Shown here: in pieces, positions 51,616 through 64,000 of the stretch
Layout: each line of letters starts with the position of its first letter
Position numbering within the stretch: the stretch's first letter is position 1
Origin: Felis catus
Lineage: Eukaryota
Direction: 5' to 3'
DNA: 64,000 nt
Assembly (NCBI RefSeq): GCF_018350175.1
Contig: NC_058368.1
Location: 682,001 to 746,000 of the forward strand
Program-made: the position numbers and the translations under genes
Notes under the pieces: generated by a model
What the model saw: the letters and a program-made list of their open reading frames with translations, nothing else
Databases searched by the model: none
Told to the model about the DNA's origin: nothing

Positions 51616-52278
51616 AAGAGTCACATGCTCTACACCTGAGCCAGCCAGGTGCTGCCAGTCTAATTATTTCCAAAATATCTCAAACTTGTAATTCATATAA
51701 AACTAGATTTTATTTACATGCAACTTTTTAGGAATGACTCTTTAACATTCAAATAATAGTAGTAACATAGCATCCTTAATTCCCTTTTGTTTTCCACGTT
51801 ATTCAAAGTCTAGTGTAAAAATATATTCATTTAGTTACTTTACAGCTTTTGAAATTTTTGTCAGTTTTCTCAGTTTCCTAATATTGCTGTAAAGCAGTAT
51901 AAAAGACTAGAATAATTTATTTCAAATTATCAGCTTATTTTAGGGCTAATTTACACATTATGATACTGCTATTATAAAATCTTGTACAAGACACTTCTTT
52001 GGTCCTCAGTTTCCTCTTGTATAAAATGAGAGATATTGAAATTCCAAGATGCTAAGAACAAAGAGAAACTAAGATATTTGATGTGTTTATTGTTGCTGTT
52101 CTCTCCAGATCTCAGACTCTGTATCTACAAAACAAGGACATTGTACTTAAATTATCTTGAATATCTCCTCTTTTCAATGCTCTGGGATAAGCAGCTGCTT
52201 GTCTGCTTGGAAGTCAACTACTAGGAAGGATGTTCATTTTATTCTGTGTTTTCCCTTACATTTTTCCCTTTCGGGCAG

Positions 52279-53283
52279 CCTCTTTCAGCATTCTCTACAC
52301 GGAATGAAGAGCTGCGACATCATTTGACTAACAGAAAACTTGGATCACCTAAGCTGGAAGTTTTTGAAGATTTTGAAAAGGGTTGCTTCAGCTCCCCACT
52401 ATCAGAAAAATCTTTAACACTCAATTTCGCATGTGAAGATGTGGAAATGCCATCGGATATAAGTCAGATGGATTCATTTCAGCAAACAGGAACTGAACCA
52501 TTATATAGAAGTGACCCTTTCCTAAAACAGGGTGCTTGCAGTATTTCTGCTGCCCATAGGTTAGCCTGTTTGGAAGTTGAGCCCGTAATTGGTTCTCGTT
52601 TCCACTGTCCTTCCCACTTACATCGTTCAAAGGCTTGTCTTGCTTCTCCTGCTAGTTCTGAACAGTCTGGTCCATCTGAGAATGACCAAGACCTTCAAAC
52701 TGACAGTTGTAGTGATTCTTCCCTTGAGTCATCTGCCGCTTTCAGACTGTCTCTCCTGCCTTTGAGCTCCTTTGCTTGTGTTCCTTATTCAGGTGACTCA
52801 TATAACTTTGGACAGGTTGATCTACCTGACAGTTATCAAGGTCATAAGACTGACAATTGTGCTAGCAATTCTCTTGAGTTGGACTCTCCCCCACAGCCGA
52901 ATACTTTTTTCTCTCCTCCTAGAGTTCCTTCCTCTGGTCTACCCAGAGAGTTTGACTTTCATTACCCTTCTGGTTCTCCTCTTTATTTTCAAAATTCCTC
53001 AGTTCATTCGAGCACCGCTTACAAGCCACGGATAGATCTGTTTGCTAACACAGAATTGGAGGCTTCTTCAGCAAATGTTTGTGCCATAATTTCATCATCT
53101 ACTTCAAGTAATGGGCATTTTTCTGAAACAAAAAATGTTGAAACACCAAGATTTCAGAAACGTCGTTTGGCAAAATCTGTTCTAACAGGAAGTGCCTTTA
53201 CTGCAAGCTTTCAGGCACAAAAAGATGAACAAAGCTGGATGAATTTTGTGCCTTGGACCAAACTCTTCAGTCTACAAACTGAG
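52279..53283 (+). CDS. PARP4: PARP4 large Ser/Pro-rich (probably disordered) exon, 1005 nt / 335 aa, phase 0-0
   Basis: tttttccctttcgggcag|CCTCTT...ACTGAG|gtatta; lies inside ORF 52246..53322; ends VPWTKLFSLQTE in frame with the next exon DGFWKL. Confidence 0.92.
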
Positions 53284-53879
53284 GTATTAGTCTTATTTCT
53301 CCTTAAGTCTGTGGTTAATTAGCTTCATAGTTTAGAGCAGAGCTATTCAAAGTACCTGGTCGTTTATCAGTACAATAGTGAGGTAAGTGACTTGTGGCAG
53401 AATGTAAATCAATACACTGCTTCTTCCATTGAGAAAAATTTTCCAAAAAAAAGTCAACAATAAATACAGCGTGCTTGATAATGGTATTTATCTATCTAGT
53501 TTTAACTGTTAGGCTAGAATATCATGCAAGTGAATGTTAATATTCCTCAGTTGAAAGTTAATCATCCCTGAACGGGTCATGGGGTAAGACCTTGATTTCC
53601 TAGGTTCTAGAACAGGTGAATTGCAATTATGTACATTTCCCACTTTGACGTAGAGGACGAGAGCTGTAAGTATACTCTAATTGTTTTCACATATGGTCTT
53701 AGGAATATCACTCAACATGTAAGACTGTGTTAGAGCTTATCATTCCATTTGTGAAGCTAATAAACACTAAGTGAACTTAGTTCCTGCGCTGGTACTAAGA
53801 CCCAGCCTCATATCTGTAATTATTTGTTTTAATGTAAAGTAGTTTAGTAAAGTGGAAACTCAACTTGATTTAGTGTAAG

Positions 53880-54330
53880 ACTAAATTTGAGCCGCGGTTA
53901 GTACTTTGTGATTTGAGGCAAGTCGGATAACCTTTCTGAGTCTCAGTTTCTTCATCCATATACTGGGGATAATAATAGTGTCTGCCTCATAGAGTAGTTT
54001 TGAGGTTTAAACATGATCATAACAGCTGTCCAGCTTTTTTTTTTTTTTTTTTTTTTTACCTGGAAGAGTGTCCATGAAAGCAGTGTAGGAAGCAGTACAG
54101 CAGATGCTGCTGTCTCTGGGCCCTGGAGCCAGACTAGTAGAGCTTACATGGTGCCTCTGCTGCTTGTTAGTTGTCTGACTGTGGACAAGTTGCTTAACCT
54201 CTCTGTACCTCAGTGATCTCATCTGCAAGGTGGGAATAGTAATAGTCTCTCCATAGGAAGTGGCTAAAAAGATTGTTTTTCTTAAATCTAAGCACCTAGG
54301 ACTAGTTTAATACTAGTTGGCACATACCAC
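53880..54330 (+). mobile_element. Two MIR fragments
   Basis: CTGAGTCTCAGTTTCTTCATC and GGACAAGTTGCTTAACCTCTCTGTACCTCAG cores. Confidence 0.7.
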
Positions 54331-54517
54331 TGCTGTTATTTTTCAAATTATTGCCATAGAGTCTGTGTACCTGCCTATGACCTCATCCACCTTTCTGCTT
54401 TCTGTATTAGCTCCTCTGGGATCTGAAGTTGATAGACTTTAAGGTCAAGATCCCCATGTTCAGGCTTACGACCACCTCGTAATATGTAATAAACATCAGC
54501 CTTAAAAGTAGAGACTT

Positions 54518-54739
54518 AGGGACGTTTGGGTGGCTCAGTTGGTTAAGCGTCTGACTTCAGCCGAGTTCGTGATCTCATGGCTCATGAGTTCGAGCCCTGC
54601 GTCAGGCTCTGTGCTGACAGCTCAGAGCCTAGAGCCTGTTTTAGATTTTGTGTCACCCTCTCTCTCTGCCCCTTCCCTGCCCATGGTCTATCTGGCTCTC
54701 TCAAAAATGAATAAACATTAAAAAAAAATTTTTTTTTTC
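54518..54739 (+). mobile_element. CAN-SINE
   Basis: TSD AAGTAGAGACTTAG on both sides. Confidence 0.9.
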
Positions 54740-55081
54740 AAGTAGAGACTTAGCTGGGGTGGGCAGGGGACAGTAAGGTCATTTTAAAGAGCATATTCAC
54801 CGTAACAATTTTATATTTAGTAAAAATTTGTCATTTTCATATTTTTGACTTCATAAAGGCACATTTTTAATATTGAACAAAAGGAATCATGCTACGTAAA
54901 AGTTTGAGAAACATTGGTTCAAAGCATTACTAGAAGAAAAAATTCATAACACCATTTTTTTAAATGCCTGCACATGAGTCTCTTTCCAGACTTTTTATAA
55001 GTGCCATCTGATACATACTGTCCATAGTGTTTTTGAGATTCCTAACAATACTATGTCACTAGTATATGAAGAACTTTGACT

Positions 55082-55290
55082 TAAACTTTTTTTTCATTTT
55101 TGAATATTTTATTTATTGTTGAGAGACAAAGACAGACAGAGCAGGGAAGGGGCAGAGAGAGAGGGAGACACAGAATCCAAAGCAGTCTCCCTTCTTGGAG
55201 CTGTCAGCACAGGGCTCAACCCCATGAACTGTGAGATTATGACCTGAGCCAAAGTCAGACGCTTAACTGACTGAGCCACCCAGGCGCCCC
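55082..55290 (-). mobile_element. CAN-SINE
   Basis: Reverse-complement SINE; TSD TGAAGAACTTTGA. Confidence 0.9.
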
Positions 55291-55469
55291 TGAAGAACTT
55301 TGATTTTAAAAATAATAAAAATGATAATAAAAATTTTTTACAATACAAATTTTAGAAATGTCTTAATAAACTGAATTTAAATAATTGGAAACATTATTTA
55401 TTACATAAATTCTTATGTATGTGATTAAATTTCAAAAATGTGGCTTAAATTTGCTTTTTTATTTCATAG

Positions 55470-55569
55470 GATGGCTTCTGGAAACTTACATCAGAACTGG
55501 GATTTATTTTAAACCTTAATACAAATATTTTAAACAGCTTTCTTGAACAAAAAGGCATTAGATCTCTAG
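55470..55569 (+). CDS. PARP4: PARP4 exon (C-terminal MVP-interaction region), 100 nt, phase 0-1
   Basis: ttttatttcatag|GATGGC...CTCTAG|gtaagt; DGFWKLTSELGFILNLNTNILNSFLEQKGIRSL(G). Confidence 0.95.
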
Positions 55570-55756
55570 GTAAGTCACCATTTTTCTATTAATTAAATGG
55601 CATGCTTTTAACTGTTGTAAATTTTGTTGTAAACTAGTATACTAATATGATAATTATGTAAGTTACATATGAGTGGAATTATATTTGTTAACCATCAAAT
55701 GAAACAAGAGGACCAGTTTCTAGTCATATCTTTACCACTAATTATGGTATTACCTG

Positions 55757-56147
55757 TGTAAGTTAATTAGCATAAGTAACAATAACTTCTGTTTTAAAAA
55801 TCCAAAATTTCAGTAGCTTAACACAAAGATTATTTTCTTGCACATATCACAGTCAAATAGTAGTCAGCAGGAAAATTCCACTCCAAGTTTTCATTTACAG
55901 GCCCAGGCTCTGTCCATATTGTGGCTCTACCATTATCAAAAGTGTCTTTAAAATTACTCTAGTGAAAAGGAAAGAAGAAAATACTGCTCTGGCATTACCT
56001 ACCTGGTAGATAGTAAGAGAAAGACAAACTGGGGCAGGAACTAGTCACAGAGCCCCTCCCAGATACAAGAGGGCTGGAAAATACACTTTAGCTTGGTGTC
56101 CAGGAAGAGAAAACAGCTTTGATTAGTGTCTAGGCAGTCTTTGCCAG
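55757..56147. mobile_element. Old MaLR LTR (MLT1-like)
   Basis: CCAAAATTTCAGTAGCTTAACACAAAG...GAACTAGTCACAG...GGGCTGGAAAATACAC motifs. Confidence 0.55.
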
Positions 56148-56508
56148 AGCAAGTTCAATCTCTGTGGACCTGTTTCTTGTCATGATAATGAAGGGGATGG
56201 TTAAGCAAGTGGTTTGAAGGTCAAATGCTAGTCTTAGGTTAAGACATTTTTTTTTTAATAAAAACACATTATTAAATAGTAGTCAGTATTCATTGAACAG
56301 CAGTGTCTAACTACCCTGCCATCCCCTCAAAAAAGTCAGGGTTTTCATACTCCAGGCTTATTCCAGAGTTAGCAGGTCTTTGTTTGTTTGACTTGCACTA
56401 CACCAAAAAGGAAAGGTGAAAATTTGCATGAGGAGAATTCTACTTCCTGGAATGATAAAGGAGCTTGAATCTGACTAAATCTCTCACCAGTAAGATTTAG
56501 TAAGCTCA

Positions 56509-57413
56509 TTGGGACCTCATCAAAATAAAATCAGATAAAGGGTTAGTATCCAAAATCTACAAAGAACTTATCAAACTCAACACCCAAAAAACAAATAATC
56601 TAGTGAAGAAATGGGCAAAAGACATGAACAGACACTTCTCCAAACAAGGCATGCAGATGGCAAACCAACACATGAAAAAATGCTCAACATCACTCATCAT
56701 CAGGGAAATACAAATCGAAACCACAATGAGATACCACCTCACCCTTCTCAGAATGGCTAACATGGACAACTCAGGCAACAACATATATTGGCGAGGATGC
56801 AGAGAAAGAGGATCTCTTTTGCACTGTTGGTGATGATGCAAGCTGGTGCAGCCACTCTGGAAAACAGGATGGAGGTTCCTCAAAAAACTAAAAATAGAAC
56901 TACCCTACAACCTAGCAATTGCACTACTAGGCATTTATCCACAGGATACAGGTGTGCTGTTTCAAAGGGACACATGCACCCCCATGTTTATAGCAGCACT
57001 ATCAACAATAGCCAAAGTATGGAAAGAGCCCAAATGTCCATCAATGGATGAATGGATAAAGAAGATGTGGTATATATATATACAATGGAGTATTACTCGG
57101 CAATCAAAAAGAATGAAATCTTGTCATTTGCAACTACGTGGAAGGAACTGGAGGGTATTACACTAAGTGAAATTAGTCCATCAGAGAAAGACAAAAATTA
57201 TATGACTTCACTCATGTGAGGACTTTAAGAGACAAAACAGATGAACGTAAGGGAAGGGAAACAAAAATAATATAAACACAGGGAGGGGGACAAAACAGAA
57301 GAGACTCGTAAATATGGAGAACAAACTGAGGGTTATTGGAGGGGTTGTGGGAGAGAGGATGGGCTAAATGGGTAAGGGGCATTAAGGAATTTAGTAAGGA
57401 AGTAAATTAAGGA
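56509..57413 (+). mobile_element. Carnivore L1 fragment truncated at both ends, no poly(A)
   Basis: ORF2 C-terminus and 3'UTR ending ...GGGGCATTAAGGAAT; TSD ATTTAGTAAGCTCA at 56495-56508 / 57414-57427. Confidence 0.87.
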
Positions 57414-57914
57414 ATTTAGTAAGCTCAGATAAAGTATTTTAAAACCACTCTTTTAAGGCCTGGAATGCAATAAAAAAAAAAAAAAAAGGCAGAAACTAGA
57501 AGGATCAAAATCCCTGAAAAAAGGAAGAAAATGAGGTGAGTTCTACATTTACTCAACTATTCACCCAAAGGTACTTCTCAGTTCATGAGGCACATGAGAG
57601 GTTAGAACTGAAATGGAAAGTCTTAATGGGATAATGACATAGGAGTTAGAGTTCAAGGCTGCCAGAGTGGCCGGAAAGTAAGGGTGAAACTCCTAAAAAG
57701 GAAGGAGCCACAGAGCCCAGAGCTCTGAAATCTGCATACAGATTCCCTCAGATTGTTGGCTCTCCCCTAACCTGTACATACACGTGACTTCAAGGAATCC
57801 AGAAAAAAAGCAACAGCTGGAGAGAAAAAGAGCAGAGATTCCAGCTGCTGCCAGGTGTTGGGGAGACAGAGTTTGGTGTTTGAATTATACCAAATTAGAA
57901 TTGACAAACATCTT

Positions 57915-58362
57915 GGGGTGCCTGCGTGGCTCAGTCGGTTAAGCATCCCACTTTGGCTCAGGTCATGATCTTGTGGTTCCTGAGTTCAAGCCTTGTGTTG
58001 GGCTCTGTGCTGACAGCTCAGAGCCTGGAGCCTGCTTCAGATTCTGTGTGTGTCTCTCTCTGCCCCTCCCCGACTCGCGTGTGTGCGCTCTCTCTCAAAA
58101 ATAAATAGGGGCACCTGGGTGGCGCAGTCGGTTAAGCGTCCGACTTCAGCCAGGTCACGATCTCGCGGTCCGGGAGTTCGAGCCCCGCGTCAGGCTCTGG
58201 GCTGATGGCTCAGAGCCTGGAGCCTGTTTCCGATTCTGTGTCTCCCTCTCTCTCTGCCCCTCCCCCGTTCATGCTCTGTCTCTCTCTGTCCCAAAAATAA
58301 ATAAACGTTGAAAAAAAAATTTAAAAATAAACATTAAAAAAAATTTTTAACAACAAAAAAAT
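57915..58362 (+). mobile_element. SINE-in-SINE: young SINEC_Fc (58108-~58322) inserted in the A-tail of an older CAN-SINE
   Basis: Inner TSD AAAAATAAA(T/C)A at 58097-58107 / 58323-58333; outer flanks share AAACATCT. Confidence 0.88.
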
Positions 58363-59910
58363 AACTTGTAAACATCTCAAGTTTTCTACTAAAACCCAAA
58401 AAGGGTAAAAAGGACCATAAATCAGGGAAAAAACAAAATTGGCCCCTTAACAAAGCCTAAAACAAAGCTTTTACAGGATACACCAGAACATAACTCAACA
58501 CTCTTTTGAAGAAGATAACATACTTCAGGGGCTCCACAACCTTCAATGTACACTATAGAATGAAAATTTAATAACACACAAAGAAGCAGGAAAATATGAC
58601 TTATAATCTAGGGGGAAATGGCCTATAGATGCTGACCTCCAGGTGCCCCAGATGTTGGAATTAGCAGATAAGGATTTTAAAACTGCTATTATAAATACAG
58701 TAAAGGTTTACCAGAAAATAATGGGTGAACAAATGGGAGAATCTCAGCAAATAGATGGAAACTCTAAGAATCAAATGAAAATTCTAGAACTGGAAAATAA
58801 AATTATCTTCAATGGAAAGGTCATTGGATGGGCTTAACTGCAGAATGAACAAAACAGAAAAAAGTATCAGGTAACTTAAATTATAATAATATAATGTGGT
58901 AATAAAAATTATCCAAACTGAAGCATAGAAAAAAAAAAATAGAATGAGGTAAAGAAGAGAATCCAGGACATGTGAAATGGTATCAAAAGGTTTTACACTT
59001 GTGTAATTGGGGTCTCAGAAGGAATGAAAGTAGATAGAAAAATGTTTGAATAAATAATAACTGAATTTTTTCTAAAATTCTTGAAAGACATCAACTTATA
59101 GATCCAAGAAATTCAGTATAACTTCAGGCAGAATAAATACAATTAGAACCGCATTTGAGTAGACCAGAATCAAACTGCTGAAAACCACAGATAAATCTTA
59201 AAGCAGACAGGAAAAAAGACACATTAGAGTCCAGAGAATATCAATAAGAATTTTATATTCACATCAGAAATAATGGAAGCTACAAGAAAATGGAACTGTA
59301 TCTTTACATTTATTCATTTTTTGAGATAGAGACAGAGTGCAAGTGGGGAAAGGGCAGAGAGAGAGACACACACACACAGAATCTAAAGCAGGCTCCAGGC
59401 TCTGAGTTGTCAGCACAGAGCCTGATGTGGGGCTTGAACTCATGGACCATGAGATCATGACCTGAGCCAAAGTCAGACACTTAACCGACTGAGCCACCCA
59501 GGTGCCCCAGAAAATGGAATTATATCTTTAAAGTGCTAAAAGAAAAAACCTATAGACTAAGAACTCTATATCCAGCAGAAAAGATCCTTTAAAAATAAAG
59601 GAAACTTTGTTTCCATAATCATAAAGACAGAGAACAAACTGGCAGTTGCTAGAGGGAAAAGAGTTGGGGGAGGGCAGATGGGCAAAATGGGTGAAGAGAA
59701 TTAAGAGGTACAAACTTCTAGTTATACGTAAATAGTGATGGAGATGAAAAGTACAACATAGGGGGCGCCTGGCTGACTCAGTCAGTTAAGCATCCATCTC
59801 TTGATTTTGGCTCAGGTCAGGATCTCACAGTTCCTAAGATGGAGTGCTGCATCACAGAGCCTGCTTGAGGTTCTCTCTCTCCCTCTCTCTGCCCCTCCCC
59901 TGCTTGTGCA

Positions 59911-59964
<54 letters not shown>

Positions 59965-61443
59965 ATAAGTAGACATTTAAAACAAAAGAAAAGTACAGCA
60001 TAGGGAATATAGTCAATAACACTGTAATAACAGTGTATAATGACAGATGGTAACTACATCTGAATGATTGTGAGTGTAGTATAATGTGTACAATTACTGA
60101 GTCACTGTTATTCACCTGAAACTAACATAACATTGTATGTCAACTATACATCAGTTAAAAGAAAAGAACACTAAGCACAAGGAAATACAATGTATGCATA
60201 TATATGTATGTATTCAGATTAACAAATAAAAAGCCTGAAAAAAAGGAAAAAAATGAAATTAAGGAAATAAGGAAATTAACAAAAGACAAACAAAAGCTGA
60301 TTCAGGGTCAAAGGATAGAAGATCAAAATACAAAAATCAATTTTAATTCCATTCCATTTGCTAGCCACAAATCATGGGAAAATGCAATTAAAAAAATTTT
60401 TAATGTTTATTTATTTTTGAGAAAGAGACAGAGACAGAGCATGAGCAGGGGTGGGGCAAAGAGAGAGGGAGATACAGAATTTGAAGCAGGCTCCAGACTC
60501 TGAGCTGTTAGCACAGAGCCTGATGCGGGGCTCAAACCCATGTGAACTGCGAGATCATGACCTGACCCAAAGTTGGACACTTAACCAACTGAGCCACCCA
60601 AGTTCTCCAGAAAAGCAATTTTAAAATACTATTTATAGTGGTATTAAAAATATCAAATACCTAACAATAAATTTTTTAAAAGATAGGCAAGATTTTTCAA
60701 ATGAAAACTACAAAACATTATTGAGAGAATTCTTAAAAGATCTAACTAAGTGGAAAAAATTTCTCTCAAAACAAGACGGTGTCAGTTCTCCCCAAAGTGA
60801 TCTATATATTCAATGCTGTGAATAACCATGCCTACAAATTTGATAATCTAGATAAAATGGACTTATTCCTTGAAAGACAGTATCTGCCAAAGTCACTCAA
60901 GAAGAAATGGAAAATAGGAATAGACCTATATCTATAAAATAAATTGAATCAATAATTAATAACCTTCAAAACAGAAAGCACCAGGCCCAGATGAGTTCAC
61001 TGGTGAATTCTACCAACATTTAAGGAACTAATTATAGCAAGTCTTTATGGTGTCTTTCAGAGTATAGAAGCAGAGGGAATAATTCCTAATTCATTCTATT
61101 CATTCTAATTCATTCTAAGGGCAGCATTACGCTAATGCCAAAACTAGACAAAGACATTACTAGAGAAGAAAACTACAAACCAATATCTCTCAGGAACATA
61201 GATGCAAAAATCCTCAATAAAATATTAGCAAATTGAATCCAAAAAAGTGTAAAAAGAACAACATACATGACCAAGTGGGATTTATCACAAGTACAACATG
61301 GCTGGTTCAACATTAGAAAATCTATCAATGTGATCCATTACATCAACAAACTAAAAACAAAAAAATTACATGATTATACCAATAGATTCAGAAAAAGCAT
61401 TTGAGAAGATCCAATACTCATTCATGCTATAAAATCTCAGTAA

Positions 61444-62174
61444 CAAAGTATTGAAAGAGCCCAAATGTCCATCAACTGATGAATGGATAAAGAAGATGTG
61501 GTATACATGTACAATGGAATATTACTTAGAAATCAGAAAGAATAAAATCTTACCATTTGCAACAATGCAGATGCAACTAGAGTGTGTGTTATGCTAAGCA
61601 AAATAAGTCAGTCAGAGAAACACAAATATCGTTTATGATTCACTCATATGTGGAATTTAAGATACAAAACAGATGAACTTAGAGGAAGGGAAGCAAAAAT
61701 AAAATAAAAACAGAGAGGGAGGCAAACCATAAGAGACTTTTTTTTAAATTTTTTTAACATTTATTTATTTTTGAGACAGAGAGAGACAGAGCATGAACGG
61801 GGGAGGGGCAGAGAGAGAAGGAGACACAGAATCGGAAGCAGGCTCCAGGCTTTGAACCATCAGCCCAGAGCCCGACGCAGGGCTCGAACTCAGGGACCGT
61901 GAGATCGTGACCTGAGCCAAAGTCGGATGCTCAACCGACTGAGCCACCCAGGCGCCCCATAAGAGACTCTTAAATACAAAAAACAAACAGGGTTGCTGGT
62001 GGGGTATTGTGGGGAGATGGACAAAATGGGAGGTGAGCATTAAGGAGGGCACTGGGTGTTATATGTAAGTGATGAATCATTAAATTCTATCCCTGAAATC
62101 ATTATTACACTATGTGTTAACTAAAACGTGGATCTAAATAAAAATAAAAATAAATTAAATAAATAAATAGATAA
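61444..62174 (+). mobile_element. L1 3' fragment inserted in an older L1, itself containing a minus-strand SINE (61739-61958)
   Basis: TSD ATAAAATCTCAGTAA at 61429-61443 / 62175-62189; SINE TSD ATAAGAGACT at 61729-61738 / 61959-61968. Confidence 0.88.
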
Positions 62175-64000
62175 ATAAAATCTCAGTAAACAATGAATAG
62201 AGGAGAACCTCTTCAACTAAAGACTATCTATAAAAAACTTACAGCTAATATTATGCAAAATGGTGAGAATATAGAAGCTTTTCCATCAAGATCAGGTACA
62301 AGACAAAGATTTCCCCTCTCTCCACTCCTTTTTAATATTGTACTAGAAGTCCTTGCTAATGCAATAAGGCAAGAACAGAAAGTAAAAGATCTACAGATCA
62401 GGAAGGAAGAAATTAAAATTTTCTTTGTTTACAGATGATATGATTGTTGACGATTCAAAATAATCAACAAAAAACTCTTGGAACTTAACTGGAATTAAAA
62501 TTAAAACTTAAAAAAAAGAAGCCTTAATCAGATTTGCAGCATGACCCTGATACCAAAACCAGACAAGGACACTACAAGAAAAGAAAATTACAGGCCAATA
62601 TTCCTGATGATTACAGATGCAAAAATGCTCAACAAAATATTAGAAACTCAAGTTCAACAATTCGCTAAAAGTATCATGATCAAGTGGGATTTGTTCCAGG
62701 GATGCAAGGATGATTCAACATCTGCAAATTAATCAACATTATATACCACATTAACAAAATGAAGGATAAGAAAAATCATATGATCGTCTCAGTGGATACA
62801 AAAAAAGCATTTGACAAGTCTTTTTTATCACTTATGTTAAAAAGTATTCTCAACAAAGTGCGTATAGAGGGAATGTTTCTCAGCCTAATAAAAGCCATGG
62901 TTGACAGGCCCAGAGCTAACATAATATTCAGTAGTGAAAAGCAGAAAGCTTTTCCTCTAAGATCAGGAGCCCAATGATCTTAGGCAAGGATGTCCACTAT
63001 CCTCATTTTTATTCAACATAGTATTGGAGGTCCTAGTCAGAAAGAGGTCCAATGCAAGAAAGAGAAATAAAAGGCATCAAATCAGAAAGGAAGAAGTACA
63101 ACTATCACTATTTGCAAACTGACATGATAGTATATATAGAAAACCCTAAAGACTCCACCACAGAACTATTAGAACTAATACACAAATTAAGGAAAATTGC
63201 AGGATACAAAATCAATACACAAAATCAGTTGTGTTTCTATGCGGTAATAATGAACTATCAGAAAAAGAAATTAAGAAAATAATCCGATTTACACGTTTCA
63301 AAAAGAATAAAATACCTACGAATAAATTTAACCAAGGAGGTGAAAGACATACATAAAAAGTATAAGATACTGATGAAAGAAATTAAAGTAGACACAAATA
63401 AATAGAAAGCTATTCCATGCTCATGGATTGGAATATTGCTTAAATGTTCATACTACCCAAAGCAATCTACAGACTCAATGCAATCCTTATCAAAACTCCA
63501 ATGGCATTCTTCACAGAAATAAACAATCCTAAAATTTGTACAAAACCACACATACCCTCTCTCTCTCTCAAAAGAAACCAAAAAAAATCCCAAAAGAAGT
63601 CAAGTTTTTGAAAAGATTGATAATAATCACAAAGTTCTTGCATGAGTGAACAAAAAGAGAAAGAAGGCATTATAAAGAATATTAAGAATAAAAGAGGGTA
63701 GTTAATGAAAAGTGGTAGAGAGATTTAAAGAATAATAAGATCTTATGAACAGCCTTATGCCAATAAAGCTTAAAACTTAGGTGAATTTTCAGAAAATATT
63801 AAATTTACCACACCCAACTGAAGACAAAATAGAAAGCTTGAATAATTCTGTAGTGATTAAAGAAATTAGTTTAAAACCTTCTCACAAAGAAAACAACACT
63901 AGGTTGAGATTATTTTACCCCATTCTTCTACCAAATATTCAAAGAACAGATAATTCCAACCTAGGAAAAATATGAGAATACTTTTCAGCTTATTTTACTA

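Larger units (their letters stand above)
6897..55569 (+). other. PARP4: PARP4 (VPARP/ARTD4) gene, internal part: 17 coding exons (probably equivalent to human exons ~16-32); 5' (BRCT/PARP catalytic) exons and last exons lie outside the window
   Basis: Spliced translation runs VIVFQTYTNQSSVPIEAKYIFPLDDKAAVCGFEAFINGKHIVGE ... VIICLDCSASMEG ... VPWTKLFSLQTEDGFWKLT, colinear with human PARP4 as recalled. All introns are GT-AG, phases are consistent, 2857 nt with no stop. Confidence 0.97.
57430..64000 (+). mobile_element. Mosaic of old L1 5'UTR/ORF1/ORF2 fragments with nested SINEs
   Basis: ORF1-like MLELADKDFKTAIIN; ORF2-like [41 protein letters not shown]; SINEs at ~59308-59508 (-), ~59761-59985 (+), ~60390-60606 (-). 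Confidence 0.8.

Overview
Mammalian genomic DNA, almost certainly a felid: it carries tRNA-derived SINEC_Fc-type CAN-SINEs and L1_Fc-like LINEs. The window holds 17 consecutive + strand coding exons (6897-55569) of PARP4/VPARP, the vault poly(ADP-ribose) polymerase. All are GT-AG and phase-compatible, and they splice to 2857 nt (952 codons + 1 nt) with no stop. They encode most of the VIT domain, the vWA domain with an intact MIDAS, the large Ser/Pro-rich exon and the start of the MVP-interaction region. The gene starts upstream and ends downstream of the window. The introns are dense with transposons: a dead full-length L1, many truncated and nested L1s, about 25 SINEs, MER21/MLT/ERVL LTRs, Tigger elements, MIR and L2. 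A hierarchical C-rich minisatellite occupies 1-1260. No new gene system is evident. The best novel structure is the retrotransposition record: two tail-to-tail L1 insertions with overlapping 17-bp target-site duplications, each carrying a 3' transduction (about 2.3 kb and 0.8 kb), a third transduction on the full-length L1, a tail-less internally primed L1, and near-identical inverted L1s bracketing an in-frame exon. Repeat subfamily names and comparisons to human PARP4 come from memory, not from a database search.
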